Positions 16,401 through 31,439 are shown, counted from the stretch's first letter. The stretch is DNA of 64,000 nt from the human T2T-CHM13v2.0 reference genome, Homo sapiens (GCF_009914755.1 NC_060931.1); one strand, 5' to 3'. Program-made: numbers and translations. Notes: generated from the sequence alone by a model not told the origin.

Positions 16401-16846
16401 ATACTTTTCTCACACTTCCCTCTAACAATTCCTTGAGAAGAAGTCTCTTTAGGAAATGATAGTTTTGGTGCTTGACAAGGGAAATGTTATGTAATTTTAG
16501 AGCATGGAGCATTATCAAGGGAGTAGAGAATGTAGGAGACCAAAGTGGAAAGTTCCTGATGAACCAGAGAAGGGCAGAAGACTTCTTCCAAGTTTGAAGA
16601 ATTCTGCACCAGGAAGTGATCGAATGTTAAAAAAAAAAAAGACATAATATTTTTACTTCTCCAACAGCTTAGCCCAGAGCTGGGCCTAGATATGAAAAAA
16701 TCACAGCATACTTATCTCATATTTATCATCCTAACATCATGGTCACTTAAGTAGCATGAATGGTACACTATTTTCTGCAGTAAATCAGTACTTAAATCAC
16801 TTTTTCATTTTTATGAAATATCTTTTCAAATGCATTTCCACATGTT

Positions 16847-16902
16847 TATATACATATATACATATATATGTATATATATATGTGTATATATATATATATA
16901 TA
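16847..16902. repeat. (TA)n-rich microsatellite
   Basis: Direct observation. Confidence 0.9.
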
Positions 16903-17060
16903 GTGGCACTGAGAAATATTGCAAGTTTTGGAGCCAGACAAACCAGGTTCAGATTTTATCTCATAATTTTCCATGATTATTTAAATTATCTGAGGCAATG
17001 AATACAGAGCCAGTCACAAAGCAGGGACTTGCCAAATGCTAATAGATATTATTATCAGTA
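16900..17060 (+). mobile_element. MIR fragment
   Basis: ttttggagccagacaaaccaggttcagatt... core and acagagccagtcacaaagcagg tail. Confidence 0.55.
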
Positions 17061-17728
17061 TTATTTATCATGCCCTGAAGAAATTTAATAGACAATTAAT
17101 TAATTCCAGAATTGCCACCTTATACTCTAGACAAAAACATTGTTCAACCTTTGAAAGGGAAGTTTTATTATTTTTTTAAAGAAATAGATTAAATGTCATT
17201 ATTTACATGTTTTGTACCGATATTTCCAAAGGAGGCATATTTGGCCTGAAAGTTGCCAGAAAACAAGACCGGTACATTATTTAATTTATAGTTTTCTTTC
17301 CTTTGCTCAAATGAAGTGTGTATTAGTTGCTGCTACTTCCTCAAGGGTAGTTTATTTTTCAGGCTAGCTAGACAACACTGATTTAAATTTAGGAATGGAA
17401 GTTAATGTTCTTTCCAGAGTAACACATCAATATTTTAGTCATTCATACAGGTCATGTAAAGCTGCAGTTTAAAATTCCCAATGCACTATGGCTTAGACAT
17501 TTTATGACTCCAAGCATTCAGGATAGTTGACTTATTAACTAAAAGATAATGTTTAACTTCTGTGGTTCTTGCCAAAAAGATGAATTCTGACTTGTCAAAT
17601 TCACCTCTGTTTTTAGGGTCTGAGAAATTATTTTTCTAAAAGCATTTTTCCCAAGATATAAGAGCCCCACCAGTCTGTCAACATAGAGATTGCATTAGCT
17701 CAACTACACACACACACACACACACATA

Positions 17729-18273
17729 CAGCCATGCATTGCCATCATACGTACACAAACTTAAGTGGTACAACCCACTACAGACCTTGGCTATATGGTA
17801 TAGCCTATTGCTCCTAGGCTGCAAACCTGTATACCATGTTACTGTACTAAATACTGTAGACAACTGTAACACAATGGTAAGTATTTGTATCTTACCATTG
17901 TAAGTATTTGTATCTTACCATCTTGTAACTTTAGTATCTTAACAGATCTAAACATAGAAAAGGTAAAAAATGGTACACCTGTATAGGCTACTTACCATGA
18001 ATGGAGCTTGCAGGACCAGAAGTTGCTCTGGGTGAGTCACTGAGTGAATGATGTGAAGGCCCAGGACATGATAGCATGACACTGTAGACTTTATTAACAC
18101 TATACAGTTAGTCTACACTAAATTTATAAAAAAAAAATAATTGCCCTACAAAGTCACTATGGCTACAAGGCCAATAGACAATAGGAATTTTTCAATTCCA
18201 TTATAATCTTATGGAGTCACCACAGTGCATGCAGTCCACCATAAAGCAAAATTTGTTATGTGATGCATGACAT
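17729..18273. mobile_element. Tigger3-family non-autonomous DNA transposon, flanked by (CA)n and (TA)n tracts
   Basis: TIR-like ends cagccatgcat.. / ..gttatgtgatgcatgac, plus diagnostic ggtatagcctattgctcctaggctgcaaacctgta and ccattataatcttatgg. Confidence 0.85.
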
Positions 18274-18666
18274 ATATATATATACACGCATGCATACATA
18301 CACACACATATACATATATATGTACAAATAAAAGCAGTAACAATTGTTCTTTGTGTACTCCATTTGACTGTAATGCTTTTAAAACCAAAAAACATAATAT
18401 ATTATACAGTTAAGTCACAAAATATTAGTTAAATATTTTTGCTCAAGGTTCAGTTGCAGAGACTGGAATGCTCTTGAATGAATTTGAGCAGAGATAGATT
18501 TATTACAGCATATTTAAAGACTTACAAAATCATTGCAGTTGCTGATGAAATAGTCTTAGTGTAAATCAATACTTCAGGCCAATTCTCCTCCTATGAATTG
18601 TGGACAAGCAGAACAACTAAAATGATTTATTTCATTGCTGTCATTCAAGCCAACACTGAAGAACTC

Positions 18667-19129
18667 TGTTATGTAAAAGCCATCAGGTTTTGGCTGATGC
18701 CAGAATATCATGCAGAGAAAACCCCCTGTATGGTAAACACACCTCAATGCAGTTCAGAGTTCTGAACTAAGGAATCTGGGAGGGGCTGACCTGGAAATTC
18801 ATTATTCATCTATGAAGAACATCTGAGTCCCCTAACCCCCATCCTTTGTCTGATCCTCTCAGATACAGGGGTTCAAGGTCCTTTGTTATGGGTTGAAGTT
18901 TTCCAGGTGGAAACTGCTAATGGTAGGATGATAAGTGAAAATGATGTATAAACTGCATGCTTTTTGCAAGCTGTGTGGTTCTCCTGTCCAGCCCACCGCC
19001 AGTGGACTCCTCCCCTCTATGTAATCCCCCAGTAAAACGCCATGCCTTGTTTGCTGGTTCTGGGTCTCTTCCTCGGCTTCTTAAACCTGATGCCATCCCC
19101 ACTGGAGTCAATAGGGGCTCAGCATGACA
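18667..19129 (+). mobile_element. Solo LTR (LTR47-like)
   Basis: TG..CA ends, TATAAA at 18947, AGTAAA at 19031, U5-like aacctgatgccatccccactggagtcaataggggctcagcatgaca. Confidence 0.7.
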
Positions 19130-19399
19130 CCCCACTTCTACCTCTGTTAACTATAAGACAGACCACATTGTTTTCCTCACTGGATAACTGGTCATAGGGA
19201 ACTTTCTATAAAGCCGTAGGTGTGGATAAGTTCAAGACAAATAAGCAATAGGAACAGGGACCTTGAGAACCCTGTTAATGCAAATTTTTATCCCTTCTGA
19301 AATGCTAGAGCCCATATCATATGTGCAATGTGTCCAGTGAAGAATGGCATGCTTCCCATTCTTATTTCAACTGATCAAATGATACTCAATTTATGATAG

Positions 19400-19710
<311 letters not shown>

Positions 19711-20526
19711 TTATGATGAGCAGTTTGGGTAGTGTAGTCCTTTTGTATTCCTGGGTTCAATATTTGCTATTTACTGACGTTCAGAGGTAGGCCAGGAGCT
19801 GAATTTTCAAACTGAGACTAGTCCTGAGCAGAGGAAGGAATGGTCTTACTACAAACCTTAGAGGTAATTCTATACTGTGGTTGTTCTTTGGGACTGGCAA
19901 AAGCTACTATATGAAATATTGATGTGTTGCACATTCATTACCACTGAATCTGCTTGGATATAAGCTCAAGTGGTAGTACAGCTTATGTCATATTGTGCAG
20001 AGCTTCTCTTGCTTTGAATCAAACTTAAATCTTGCAATCTTGTGGGTTCCCTTTAAATGAGTGGAATAGTAAACTACGGAATAATACATGTTGCATCCAA
20101 ATTTCAAAGTCTGATAAATACTGTGATTCTTTACACAGTGTAATGTGCTGCAACTTTTCTCTAATTCTAGAGGAGACACCTGAGATGCCTCAGACTAAAG
20201 GACTCCTAGGTATTTTCTGATATGGTAAAAATTTCATAGGATTTATTGTATGTCCTCTCTTATGCTTGTGTTTTAAGGCATTTATGGCTCCTCTTATTTT
20301 ATGCTCACTTGGTCTAACAAACACATGACATCAACATAATGGGTGGTATAATATTCTGTAAGATATCCAAATGATCTGGACAATATAATATTAGAGAACA
20401 AGAGAGTTGACATCACTCTGAGGTAGGACAATGAAAGTATGCTGCTCTTCCTGCTATATTGGCATTCTTTTGATTATTTTTACTTATTGGGATAAGACAA
20501 AAAAGCATTTTCTAAGTCAGTATCTA

Positions 20527-20943
<417 letters not shown>

Positions 20944-21655
20944 TCAGTCTTTCATCTGACCATCATATGCCCCAACATTAATCGAAGGATTACATTTGTG
21001 TTTTGGATTTGTGTTAGTTGAGAGTTAGTGTCTAACTGTCCTCAGAAATTCTAGGTATTTCTCTTTTCTTAGTACAGTCACATTGGAAAAATATCTGCAG
21101 GTCACCTGGGTAAGGTTCGGAGTTTATATTGCGGAGTACCTCTCCGCACAGTTTATATTGCGGAGTACCTCTCATTCAAGGAGTTTCAGGACTAGCAACT
21201 GGCTTATGTCTGTGAATTAAGTAGGAGGCTATAAATTTGGGTTTCTTCCCACTAGATCTGGAATTTTTCAGCTTATTGTGTTGTTCAACAACTGCCCACT
21301 TATTTTATCCCTAGGGACTATACGATTAATTAGACTTCATCACAAATTTGTGTGGGTCTAAAACACCTTGATTATCATTCAGTCTTGGGCTAATTAAGGA
21401 AATTGTACTCAACTGTCTCTTAAACACTGTCACCAGATCCCTTCCACTTATGGAACTTATCTATAGAGCACAACTATTGCAGTGTTTTTCAAAGTGAATG
21501 CTTCCCTCAACAATGAATCTCTTAATTTCTTAATGAAAGATGTGTCTTTTAGATCCTCCCAGGAGCCATAGTTAGGGGCTGATCATTAGATTGCACACAG
21601 TAGATCTACCCCACCGTTTCCATTTTCCAGACCTTACAAACCCCTTTCATTACAT

Positions 21656-21875
21656 CAGGAGTCAGCAAACGTTTTCTATAAAGGGCCAGATAGTGATTAT
21701 TTTAGGCTTTGTGAGCCAGTCAGTCTCCGTCACAGTTGTTCAACTCACTATTGTAGTGTTGCCATAGGCAGTGCTATAAAAGCAGCCATAGACAATTGGC
21801 GTGGCTTTCAATAACACTATTCACAACAGGTAGTGTGTTGGATCTGGCCTGTGGACCATAGTTTGCCAACTCCTG
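21656..21875. mobile_element. MER58A hAT MITE, complete
   Basis: TIRs CAGGAGTCAGCAAAC / GTTTGCCAACTCCTG, with internal aaagggccagatagtg..ttttaggctttgtg. Confidence 0.85.
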
Positions 21876-22671
21876 CTCTACACTGCATCAAGGAAGTTCT
21901 AGCATTTCAACCTCACCAAATGTAGGCTATTGGAAAGCTTAATCCTCCATTAATCAAACTAGCATATATAATACTTCAAGGTACTCAAGGCAAAACATTA
22001 AGTCTCATGTCAACAAATCGGGCCTAGTCTACCTACAATCTGTTCTAATATTTCAAGAATTTGTTCTATTCTCATACATGTTTCTTCACTGCTAACATAA
22101 ATTGAAAAAAAAAACAAACAAACACCTATCATGTCTTTTGTGTGTAAGCTATAATGTGCTTAAGCATGCCTTCCACTTCTTTGGTCCGTAATGAGAACTC
22201 GGTCTTATTTGGGACCTAGACAAAATAAGAATGTCTAGGAGTCATGTAGAGATTTGGCATTCCTTTATGAGGCAACATTCCTAGGGCAATATCATTGGAT
22301 GTTTTTCATGCAATTGAATGTTTCTTCCATTGGAGAACAGGAAAGCCTGCTTCTACTTTGAAAGAAAGTTCCTGGGGACTTAGGACTTCAAAGTTCTCAG
22401 GTGCACCCATTTACCCTAGGTTTTCCCAATCCATGTCTCAGGGTTCCAGTCTTTTATAACCAACGCTTTACCTTGGCATCAGAGATCTCAGGTAATTATG
22501 CCTAAATTAATAGATTTGCCTCAAATTATCTTCTTTATTGACAATCATGATTCTAGGAAGTGGTCAATATAAATGAGCAAAGCTTTGCAATTCAATTCAT
22601 TTGCAAGGAGACCTTGTAAATGTTTCACTTGAGGTAGTTACTACATAAATTGATACAAAATTTCTCATGCT

Positions 22672-25115
22672 CTCAAAGGAGCATACCTCAAAATAATAAG
22701 AACCATTTGTGACAAATCGACAGCCAACATCGTACTGAACAGGCAAAAGCTGGAACCATTCTCCTTGAGAACTGGAACCAGGCAATGATGCCCAGTCTCA
22801 CCATTCTTATTCAACACAGTACTGGAAATCCTAGCCAGAAAAATTGGGCAAGAGAAAGAAATAAAAGGCATCAAGCTATCTTTCTTCACTGACAATGTGA
22901 TTCAATACACCTACAAAGTTCTAAAGATCCTGCCAAAGGGCTCCTGAACTGAAAAACGACTTCAGTAAAGTTTCAGGATATAAAATCAATGTACAAAAAT
23001 CAGTAGCATTTCTTTACACCAATAACATTCTAGCTGAGAACCAAATCAAGAACACAATTCCATTTACAATAGCCAAAAAACAATGAAATACCTAGGAATA
23101 CATCTAACCAGGGAAGTGAAAGATCTCTATAAGGAGAACTGCAAAACACTGCTAAAAGAAATCTGAGATGACATAAATAAATAGAAGAACATTCCATGCT
23201 CATGAATTGGAAGAATCAATGTTGTTAAAATGCCCAAAGTAATTTACAGATTCAACACTATTCCTATCAAACCACCAATGTCACTTTTCACAGAACTAGA
23301 AAAACTATTTTAAAATTTGTATGGAACAAAGAGCCTAAATAGCCAAAGCAATTCTAAGGAAAAAGAACAAAGTTAGAGGCATCACATTATCTGACTTCAA
23401 ACTATACTACTAGGCCATGGTAACAAAAGCAGCCTGATACTAGCACAAAAACAGACCAATACACTAATGGAAATGAATATGAAACACAGAAATAAAGCTA
23501 CACACCTACAACCATTGGATCTTTGACAAAGTCAACAAAAATAAGCAATGGGGAAAGGGCTCTTTATTTAATAAATAGTGCTAGTATAACTGGCAATATG
23601 CAGAAGAATAAAACAGGAACCCAGCCTATCACGATATACAAAAGTTAATTTGGCTGGGTATGGTGGCTCACACCTGTAATCCCAGCACTTTGGGAGGCAG
23701 AGGTGGGCAGATCACTTGAGGTCAGAAGTTCCAGATAGCCTGGCCAATATGGTGAAACCCCATGTCTACTAAAATATACAAAAATTAGCTGGGGGTGGTG
23801 GTGGGCACCTGTAATCCCAGCTACTCAGGAGGCTGGAGCAGGAGAATGGCTTGAACCCAGAAGGTGAAAGTGGCATTGAGTCAAGATTGCACCACTGCAC
23901 TCCAGCCTGGGTGACAGAGAGAGACTTCGTCAATAAATAAATAAATAAATAAATAAATGTTAACTCAAGATGGGTTAAAGATTTACATGTAAGATTCCAA
24001 ACCATAAATACACTAGAAGAAAACCTAGGAAATACCCTTGTTGATATTGGCCTTGGCAAAAAAATTATGGCCAAATCCTCAAAAGCAATTGTAACACAAA
24101 CAAAAAATTGACAAGTGGGACTACTTAAAGACCTTCTGCACAGCAAAAGAAACCATCAACATAGTAAACACACAACTTGAGAATGGGAGAAAGTATTTAC
24201 AAACTATGCATCTGATAAAGGTCTAATATCCAGAATCCGTAAAAAACTAAAATCGACAAGCAAAAAACAACCCCATTAAAAACTGGGCAAAGTACATTAA
24301 AAGACACTTCTCAAAAGGAAACATACAAGTAGTTAACAAACATATGATGATGACATCACTCCTCATCAGAGAAATGCAAATCAAAACCACAATGAGGTAT
24401 CATCTCACACCAGTCAGAATGGCTATTACTAAAAAGGTCAAAAAACAACAGATGCTGGTGAGGCTGTGGAGAAGAGGGAATGCTTATACACTGTTGGTGA
24501 GAATATAAAGTAGTTCAGCCACAGTGGAAAGCAGTTTGGAGATTTTTCAAAGAATTTTAAACAGAACTACCATTTAACCCAGCAATCCCATTACTGGGTA
24601 TATGCCCAAAGGAAAATACATTCTTCTACCAAAAGGAAACATGCACTCATATGTTTATCTCAGGACTATTCCCAATAGCAAAGACATAGAATCAATCTAG
24701 GTGCCCACCAATTGTGGATTTGATTTTTAAAAATGTGGTACATTTACACTATGGAATACTGTACAGCCATAAAAAAAGAATAAAATCATGCCCTTTGCGG
24801 CAATATGGATGCAGCTAGAGGCCATCAACTTAAGTGAATTAACACAAAAGCAAAAAACCAAATACCACATGTTCTCATTTATAAGTGGAAGCTAAATGCT
24901 GGGGACACATGGACATAAATATGGCAACAATAGACACTGGAGACTACAAGAGAGGGGAGGGAAGGAGGGGGACAAGAGGTGAAAAACTACCTATTGGGTA
25001 CTATACTCAGTACCTGGGTGGTGGGTTCAATTGTACACCAAACCTCAGCATCACACAGTATACCCTTGTTGTAAACCTGCACATGTACCCCTTGAATCTA
25101 AAATAAAAGTTTTTT
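22672..25115 (+). mobile_element. 5'-truncated L1PA15-17-like LINE-1 containing an Alu
   Basis: ORF2 RT to C-terminal sequence. 3'UTR aaaactacctattgggtactatactcagtacctgggtg...gtaccccttgaatctaaaataaaagtt. Confidence 0.92.
23652..23957 (+). mobile_element. Alu (AluSz-like) with (AAAT)n tail
   Basis: Full dimer. The host L1 resumes after the tail (gttaactcaagatgg). Confidence 0.95.
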
Positions 25116-25499
25116 TAAATTATGTTTTTATATTAAAAATTACAAAGTACACACACCAAAAAAGGAGCTTTCAGCATGCGTTGCTAATGCTTAGCTTGTC
25201 CCCACAAAATTTGAGATTCACGCTTTAAAACGGTAGTGATTATTGAGTTCTCTTTGGAGTCTCTGTGGCATATAACATTTGTATGTGGAAGAAAAGCAAA
25301 GCACCAGTTGAGTCCTTCATGATAAGAAAATCAATTAATAGCAGAAACAAAACAATAAAACACTAATATTTCAAGGAATATTTAAGACAGATGGCTTCTT
25401 ACTTTTGACTACATTAAACCTTATTCTGGGGATTTTCTTTCTAGCAAATTAGTTCTGAATCTTCCCACCTCTCCTGGGAACCTTATAGAATGATAAAGA

Positions 25500-25932
25500 G
25501 AACAGTAATAGATAGCATCAGATATTATGTTTCCTTTCCATTATTTAGAGTTGTTCCTATGAACCTGCTCTCCATCCTGTACAGTCTGGAGAGCCTTCAG
25601 CTTTACATTTAGGTGGAACCATATAAATAATTCTCACCTGAAAATGTGAGCAATAGTGAGTGTGTGTCAATTCAGGGTTCAGGGGCTTAAGAAACTGACT
25701 ATATCTACCTTGCATTTTCTTCCTCTTCTAGCTGAATATGGAGGACTCTGAGGCCCAGCCTGGTAGAACAACAATGTAGAAAAAGCATAGATGCCCTAAA
25801 TCATCAAGCGGATGAAGGATGCCAATCAAGAACTCTCACACTGGGGTTTTTCATGAGCAAGAAACAAACTTTCCTATTTTTCAGTCTCTTTAATTTTTTC
25901 CTTAGAACAGCTAGTATTATCCTAAATAATGC
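25500..25932 (+). mobile_element. MaLR LTR (MLT1J-like)
   Basis: gaggactctgaggccc...catgagcaagaaacaaactttc...agaacagctagtattatcctaaataat. Confidence 0.6.
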
Positions 25933-27366
25933 TAGCAGAGCAATACAAATCTCACATAAAAACTACCTTTTGCATACAAGTCCACATGCTACTTCCTAGT
26001 CTCACTGTTTGAAGTATATTTACCTACCTTATGTGGTTCGTCAGCCCATTGTGCTATAAACTTGATTGATCAACATGCTACTCTCAGATTGTAATTAATT
26101 AACAAATCCACACAAAAAGTTGTAAAGGTGACATGGGGATGAATACGGAAGGGAGAGGAGGACTTGAGGCCTGCAGGTCTCAAAAATCTCTAGCTAATAT
26201 TCGAGAAAAAGAAAAATAAAGTTTACGCTGAGACTTGATGTTCTTGACTGAATAGGGCAGGATCTGGGAACACTGAAGAGAGAGGCATAGAAAATTTTAG
26301 GAAAGTACAGAGGTGGCAGATTTTAGAAAATGTTAGCAAACATTAACATCTAAATATGGGTACACCAGGCTGGAAGATGATGTTTGCAAAGAGGTCTGTA
26401 AAACAGGCCAAGAGGTAGAAACCTTCCCAAAGCTAGCTGAGATGTAAGGATCAGAGTAAAAGCAACCATGCAGAAAAGCCATATTTTGAGATGTGCATGG
26501 AAACAACAGATAAAGACATTTTTGAGCCATGAAGTTTGAAAAAGAGCCTTGGATATTCCTGTCCTCACTTTCAAAAAAACTCTTGCTACTAGTGCAGAAG
26601 AATCTATCTGAATATGTATATTAGAAAATAAATTTGTTCATCCTCCACTTAAAGACACCACGAGATGTAAGATGAACGTCAATACAACATTCTGGCAGAT
26701 AACAAAAACTTATCAGAAATGTTGTCAACACTAAGTTATATCCTATTAAAGTTATTGGAATGTAATAATATATAAAGTATTCTTTGGACATCCAGACAAA
26801 AATTCTGAGTCACTTTTAAGCAAAAGAAAATTTCATGTAAGTTTTTTGTAATAACAAAGTCTACACCAGAAAAGAGATATTCAAGATACTTAAGGGGAAA
26901 AAATGTGGACCAAAGATATTTTATGCACTCAAGCTGTCTAGTCTAAAGGCTACAGATAATTTTGAATATTAAGACAATTAGGGAACATTGTATTGATGAG
27001 CCTTTCTGAAAAATTTAGTACAGAACAATTTTCATTCATCTAGTGAGTGATAGGAAAAACTCATTAAAGAGGTGGCTATAAATGATGAATATATTTAATA
27101 GTAAAATTTTCACTAAAAATACTGCGATAAAAGTAGCAGAATGATTTGTAAATGGTGAATAATCTGAAAATACAGAAATGGCAACTAATGAAATTGACAT
27201 GATAAGGGAAGAAAAGATGTAGTGTTTCAAGTCAAAGTATATTGTTTAAAGCTAACAAATTAAGTAGTAGAAGCTCAACCATATAAGGGTACAAAGGTAG
27301 ACACAAAGAAAGATAATGTTGTTAAGATTGGAAAGTAGAAGAGACACAGAAAAGAGGCTAAAAAGA

Positions 27367-29130
27367 TGGGGAAAAGACAGTCTCTTCAATAAATGGTGCT
27401 TGGAAAACTGGATATCCATATGCTAAAAAATAAAACTTGACCCCTCTCTCTCACCATATACAAAAATCAAATCAAAATGGATCAAAGACTTAAGTCTAAG
27501 ACCTCAAACTATGAAACTACTACAAGAAAACATTGGAGAAAATTGCCAGGACATTGGTCTGGGCAAAGACTTCTTGAGCAATATTCTACAAGCACAGGCA
27601 ACCAAAACAAACATAGACAAATGGTATATTGGTTCGTTTTCATACTGCTGATAAAGACATACCCAAAACTGGGGAAAAAAATAGAGGTTTAATTGGACTT
27701 ACAGCTCCACAGGGTTTGGGAGGCCTCAGAATCACGGTGGGAGGCGAAAGGCACTTCTTACATGGTGGTGGCAAGAGAAAAATGAGGAAGACGCAAAAGC
27801 AGAAACCCCTGATAAACTCATCAAATCTTGTGAGACTCATTTACTATCACAAGAATAGCATGGGAAAGACTGGCCCCCATGATTCAATTACCTGGTTCCC
27901 TCCCACAACATGTGGGAATTCTGGGAGACAGAGCTCAAGTTGAGATTTTGGTGGGGACATAGACAAACCATATCAAATGGGATCACATCAAGTTAAAAAG
28001 CTTCTGCACAGCAAAGAATACAATCAACAAAGTGAAGAGACAACCCACAGAATGGGAGAAAATATTTGTAAACTACCTATCTGACAAGGGATTAGTATCC
28101 AGAATATGTAAGGAGCTCAAACACTCTGTAGGGAAAAAAATCTAATAATCCTATCTTAAATGGGCAGATGATTTGAATAGACATTTCTTAAAAGAAGACA
28201 TACAAGTGACAAACAGGCATATGAAAAGTACTCAACATCACTGATCATCAGAGAAATGCAAATCAAAACACAATGAGATATCATCTCACTCCAGTTAAAA
28301 TGGCTTATATCCAAAACATAGGCAATAACAAACGCTGGAAATGGTGTGGAGAAAAGGGAAACCTTATACACTGCTGCTGCAAATGTAAATTAATACAACC
28401 AATATGTAGAACAGTTTAGAATTTCCTCAAAAAACTAAAAATTGAACTACCATGTGATTCAGCAATCCCACTGCTGGGTATATACACAGAAGAAAGGAAA
28501 TAAGTATATTGAAGAGATGTCTGCACGCCTATGTTTGTTGAAGCACTGTTTACAATAGCAACCTAAGTGTCCATCAACAAATGAATGATTAAAGAAAATG
28601 TGGTACATATAGACAATGGGGTATTACTCAGCTATGAAATAGAATGAGATCTTGTCATTTGCAACCACATGGATAGAATTGGAGATCATTACATTAAGTG
28701 AAATAAGCCAGGCACAGGGCAAACATCACATGTTCTCACTTATTTGTGAGATCAAAAAATCAAATCAATTGAACTCATTGACATAGAGAGTAGAAGAATG
28801 GTTACCAGAGGCTGGGAAGGGTAGATAGAGACTTACGGGAAGGTGGGAATGGTTAATGGGTATTAAAAAATAGAAAAAATAAATATGACCTACTATTTGA
28901 TAGCACAACAGGATGTCTGTAGTCAATAATAACTTAAGTGTATATTTTAAAGTCAATATAATTGGATTATTTGCAATTCAAAGGATAAATGCTTGAGAGG
29001 ATGAATACCCCATTCTCCATGACGTGCTTATTTCACATTGCATCCCTGTATCAAAACACCTCATGTAGCCCATAAATAAATACACCTACAATGTACCCAC
29101 AAAAAAAAATTTAAATAATTTTAAAAATTT
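27367..29130 (+). mobile_element. 5'-truncated L1MA2-like LINE-1 containing a THE1 LTR
   Basis: ORF2 C-terminal sequence. 3'UTR tttgatagcacaacagg...cctgtatcaaaacacctcatgtagcccataaat...gtacccacaaaaa. Confidence 0.9.
27625..27975 (-). mobile_element. THE1 (THE1C-like) solo LTR
   Basis: ctgctgataaagacatacccaaaactggg...acaaaccatatca, with a perfect 5-bp TSD AATGG (27620-27624, 27976-27980). Confidence 0.93.
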
Positions 29131-29714
29131 AAAACATGGTTAAAAGAAACTACATGCTATATAGTATTATACTTCATATCAAAGTAAAAGTATCAGGTTA
29201 AGCCCTGCTATATAAATGCAAACTAATTATCAGAAAAGCCACAAAAAAAGAAAGAAAATAGTAAAAATGGTACATAAAACATGAGATAAAATGAAGAACA
29301 GAAACCAACTAACTGTCATACCAGTAAACATTATTAGGCTTAATTCACTCAGAAGAAAACTATTTTAAACTTTTTTTCAATGCAAGTACTAAGTAAAAAA
29401 CAACAGGACACTTTACAATGCTGAAGTTTACTATTCATAAATACGATACAGAAATTTTGGATGCCTATATTTCAAATAGCACAGAATAACCATAATAAAG
29501 CAGAAATATCAATACACTAAGCATAGATGATTTTAACACATATTTCTCAGTCTATAGAGAAATAAAGTGGCTATAAAATAAGTTAGAATGTGAAAGACAT
29601 AAACAATTTTAGTAATATTTATCTTACTTCAAACTTTGTTGCACCCAAATAGGGAATGACACTCCTTTTCAAGCACACATAAAATATCCACAAAGTCAAC
29701 CATACATACGATTA

Positions 29715-30720
29715 TCAGAGGCTAGGCACAACAGTTGGGGAAAATAATAGGTAATCAAGAAACTTAAAAGGAAATTGTGTAAAATGAAATGACTATAAAG
29801 TGCTTAGAAAAGGTCCTACATATTCCTGGGAATCTAGAAGTTCATGCACATGCATAGAGATGTATCTATAATGTTCAGGACTGTTCAAATGCTTAGTAAA
29901 GTACTGAGAAGGTCCTCATTTTATTTTGGCCTAATTTTGATATTCTGTGCAAAGAAATGAAGCCTAAGACAAAGTTGTCAACTGCCTGGATGAGTGTTAA
30001 AAATGTGTTTGAATGCACACACACACACTCAGGCACAGACACTCTCAGAAAACTCTGGGAGACTTATTTGTTGAAGGCATTTAAGAAAGTTTGTGTTCAG
30101 TCATTAGGCGAGATAACCAAGTAGAGATTTTAGTGGCCACACATGACAAAGAATACAGACTTTTAAAAAATTATTTCAGAAATGTTGTTATATAACAACA
30201 ATAATAACTAATATCAACAACAATAAACCATGAGGAGCAGGGAGAATCTGTGTTCCAGAGTTGCCATATTATTTTAAATATTCTTGTTTCAACAAAAATT
30301 ATGAAACATGAAAAGTAACAAAACAACAAAGTTCTATGCACAAGAAAAGAGAAAAACGGTCAATGAAAACGATCTCTTAGAAAGTCTGGGTGTTGGACTT
30401 ACTAGACAAAGATTTTAAATCAGCTATTTAAATTATATTCAGAAAACTAAAGGAAACTGTAAGAAGAACTAAAGGAAATAAGAATATTATTACACCAAAT
30501 AGATGATATTGATAAAGAGGAAAAAATAAAAGAACCAAAATAACTCTATAGTTGAAAAATAAAATAACCGAATTGAAAAACTCACCAGAGAAGTTCAACA
30601 GTGGATCTGAGCAGCAGAAGAAAGTACACGTGCATATAATGATTGATCAATTGAAATTATTCATTCTGAGAAAAAGGAGGAAAAAAAGAATAAAGAAAAA
30701 TAGTGTTTTTAGAGACTTGA
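29715..30720 (+). mobile_element. Old L1M 5'UTR/ORF1-start fragment
   Basis: ttggacttactagacaaagattttaaatcagctatt...ttgaaaaactcaccagagaagttcaacag, ORF1 coiled-coil-like (ORF 30552-30779). Confidence 0.65.
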
Positions 30721-31439
30721 GATTCTGGGCAATAAGGGATGGAGAAAGGTTGATGAATCCATGTGAGAAAGACTTTTGAAATGATAGGCTTTGTGTCTGT
30801 GATCCAAAGTGTAATACACATTTGGGAAGGAGATCATTTCCTTGCCAGCTTCTGCTGAGAGCCCAGTCACACTTGGCATATACACTGGAATCTCAGTGAT
30901 GAGCCATGTGGTGGCTACCCTTCTCAAATTGGCCTCACCTGCAGCAAGAGGGAGCTGGAGTGGGAGAGGGAGGGGTGGGTGCTGACAGATTGGTTTGTAA
31001 AACACACCCTTAGGGGAACTATCAGAAATTGTTAAATTTTATTTTGGAGTCAGGGGTAAATTTGGATTGTGTTTCTGGACATCAACTTGATATGACTTCA
31101 TCGCACTGTAATGAACTTAAGACTTACTTACTTTGCTTCATTGCCACAGACTAGTATGGCCTATAGCATTTGGCTTACATTTAGAAAGAATAAATTATTT
31201 TACAAAAACTACTTCCCTCCAACACCGAGTACACATCAATACTGACATTACAAGTGAAAAATCCTTGTCTAGTCTTTACTATTTTCATGTATGGCAAGTG
31301 ATTAATAGACTAAGAAGGAAATATAAGTATTTCATGTTTCACAGGTGTCTTCTGCTTTATGAATAAAAGTAATTCTTCTAGGAAACATAAATGTAAGACT
31401 GGCTTCTTTTTAAATCAGTATTCTGTATCTCGTCTCTTT

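Larger units (their letters stand above)
26690..29710 (+). mobile_element. Ancient L1M/HAL1-type ORF1 (26690-27360) and ORF2 endonuclease remnant (29140-29710), split by L1MA2
   Basis: ttagggaacattgtattgatgagcctttctg ORF1 end, with gatgattttaacaca (GDFN-like) and ttttcaagcacacat..aaagtcaaccat endonuclease motifs. Confidence 0.5.

Noticed and set aside
21121-21173. Repeat-spacer-repeat resembling a mini CRISPR array
   Set aside because: Only two repeats with a 5-nt spacer in primate DNA and no cas genes; explained as a tandem duplication
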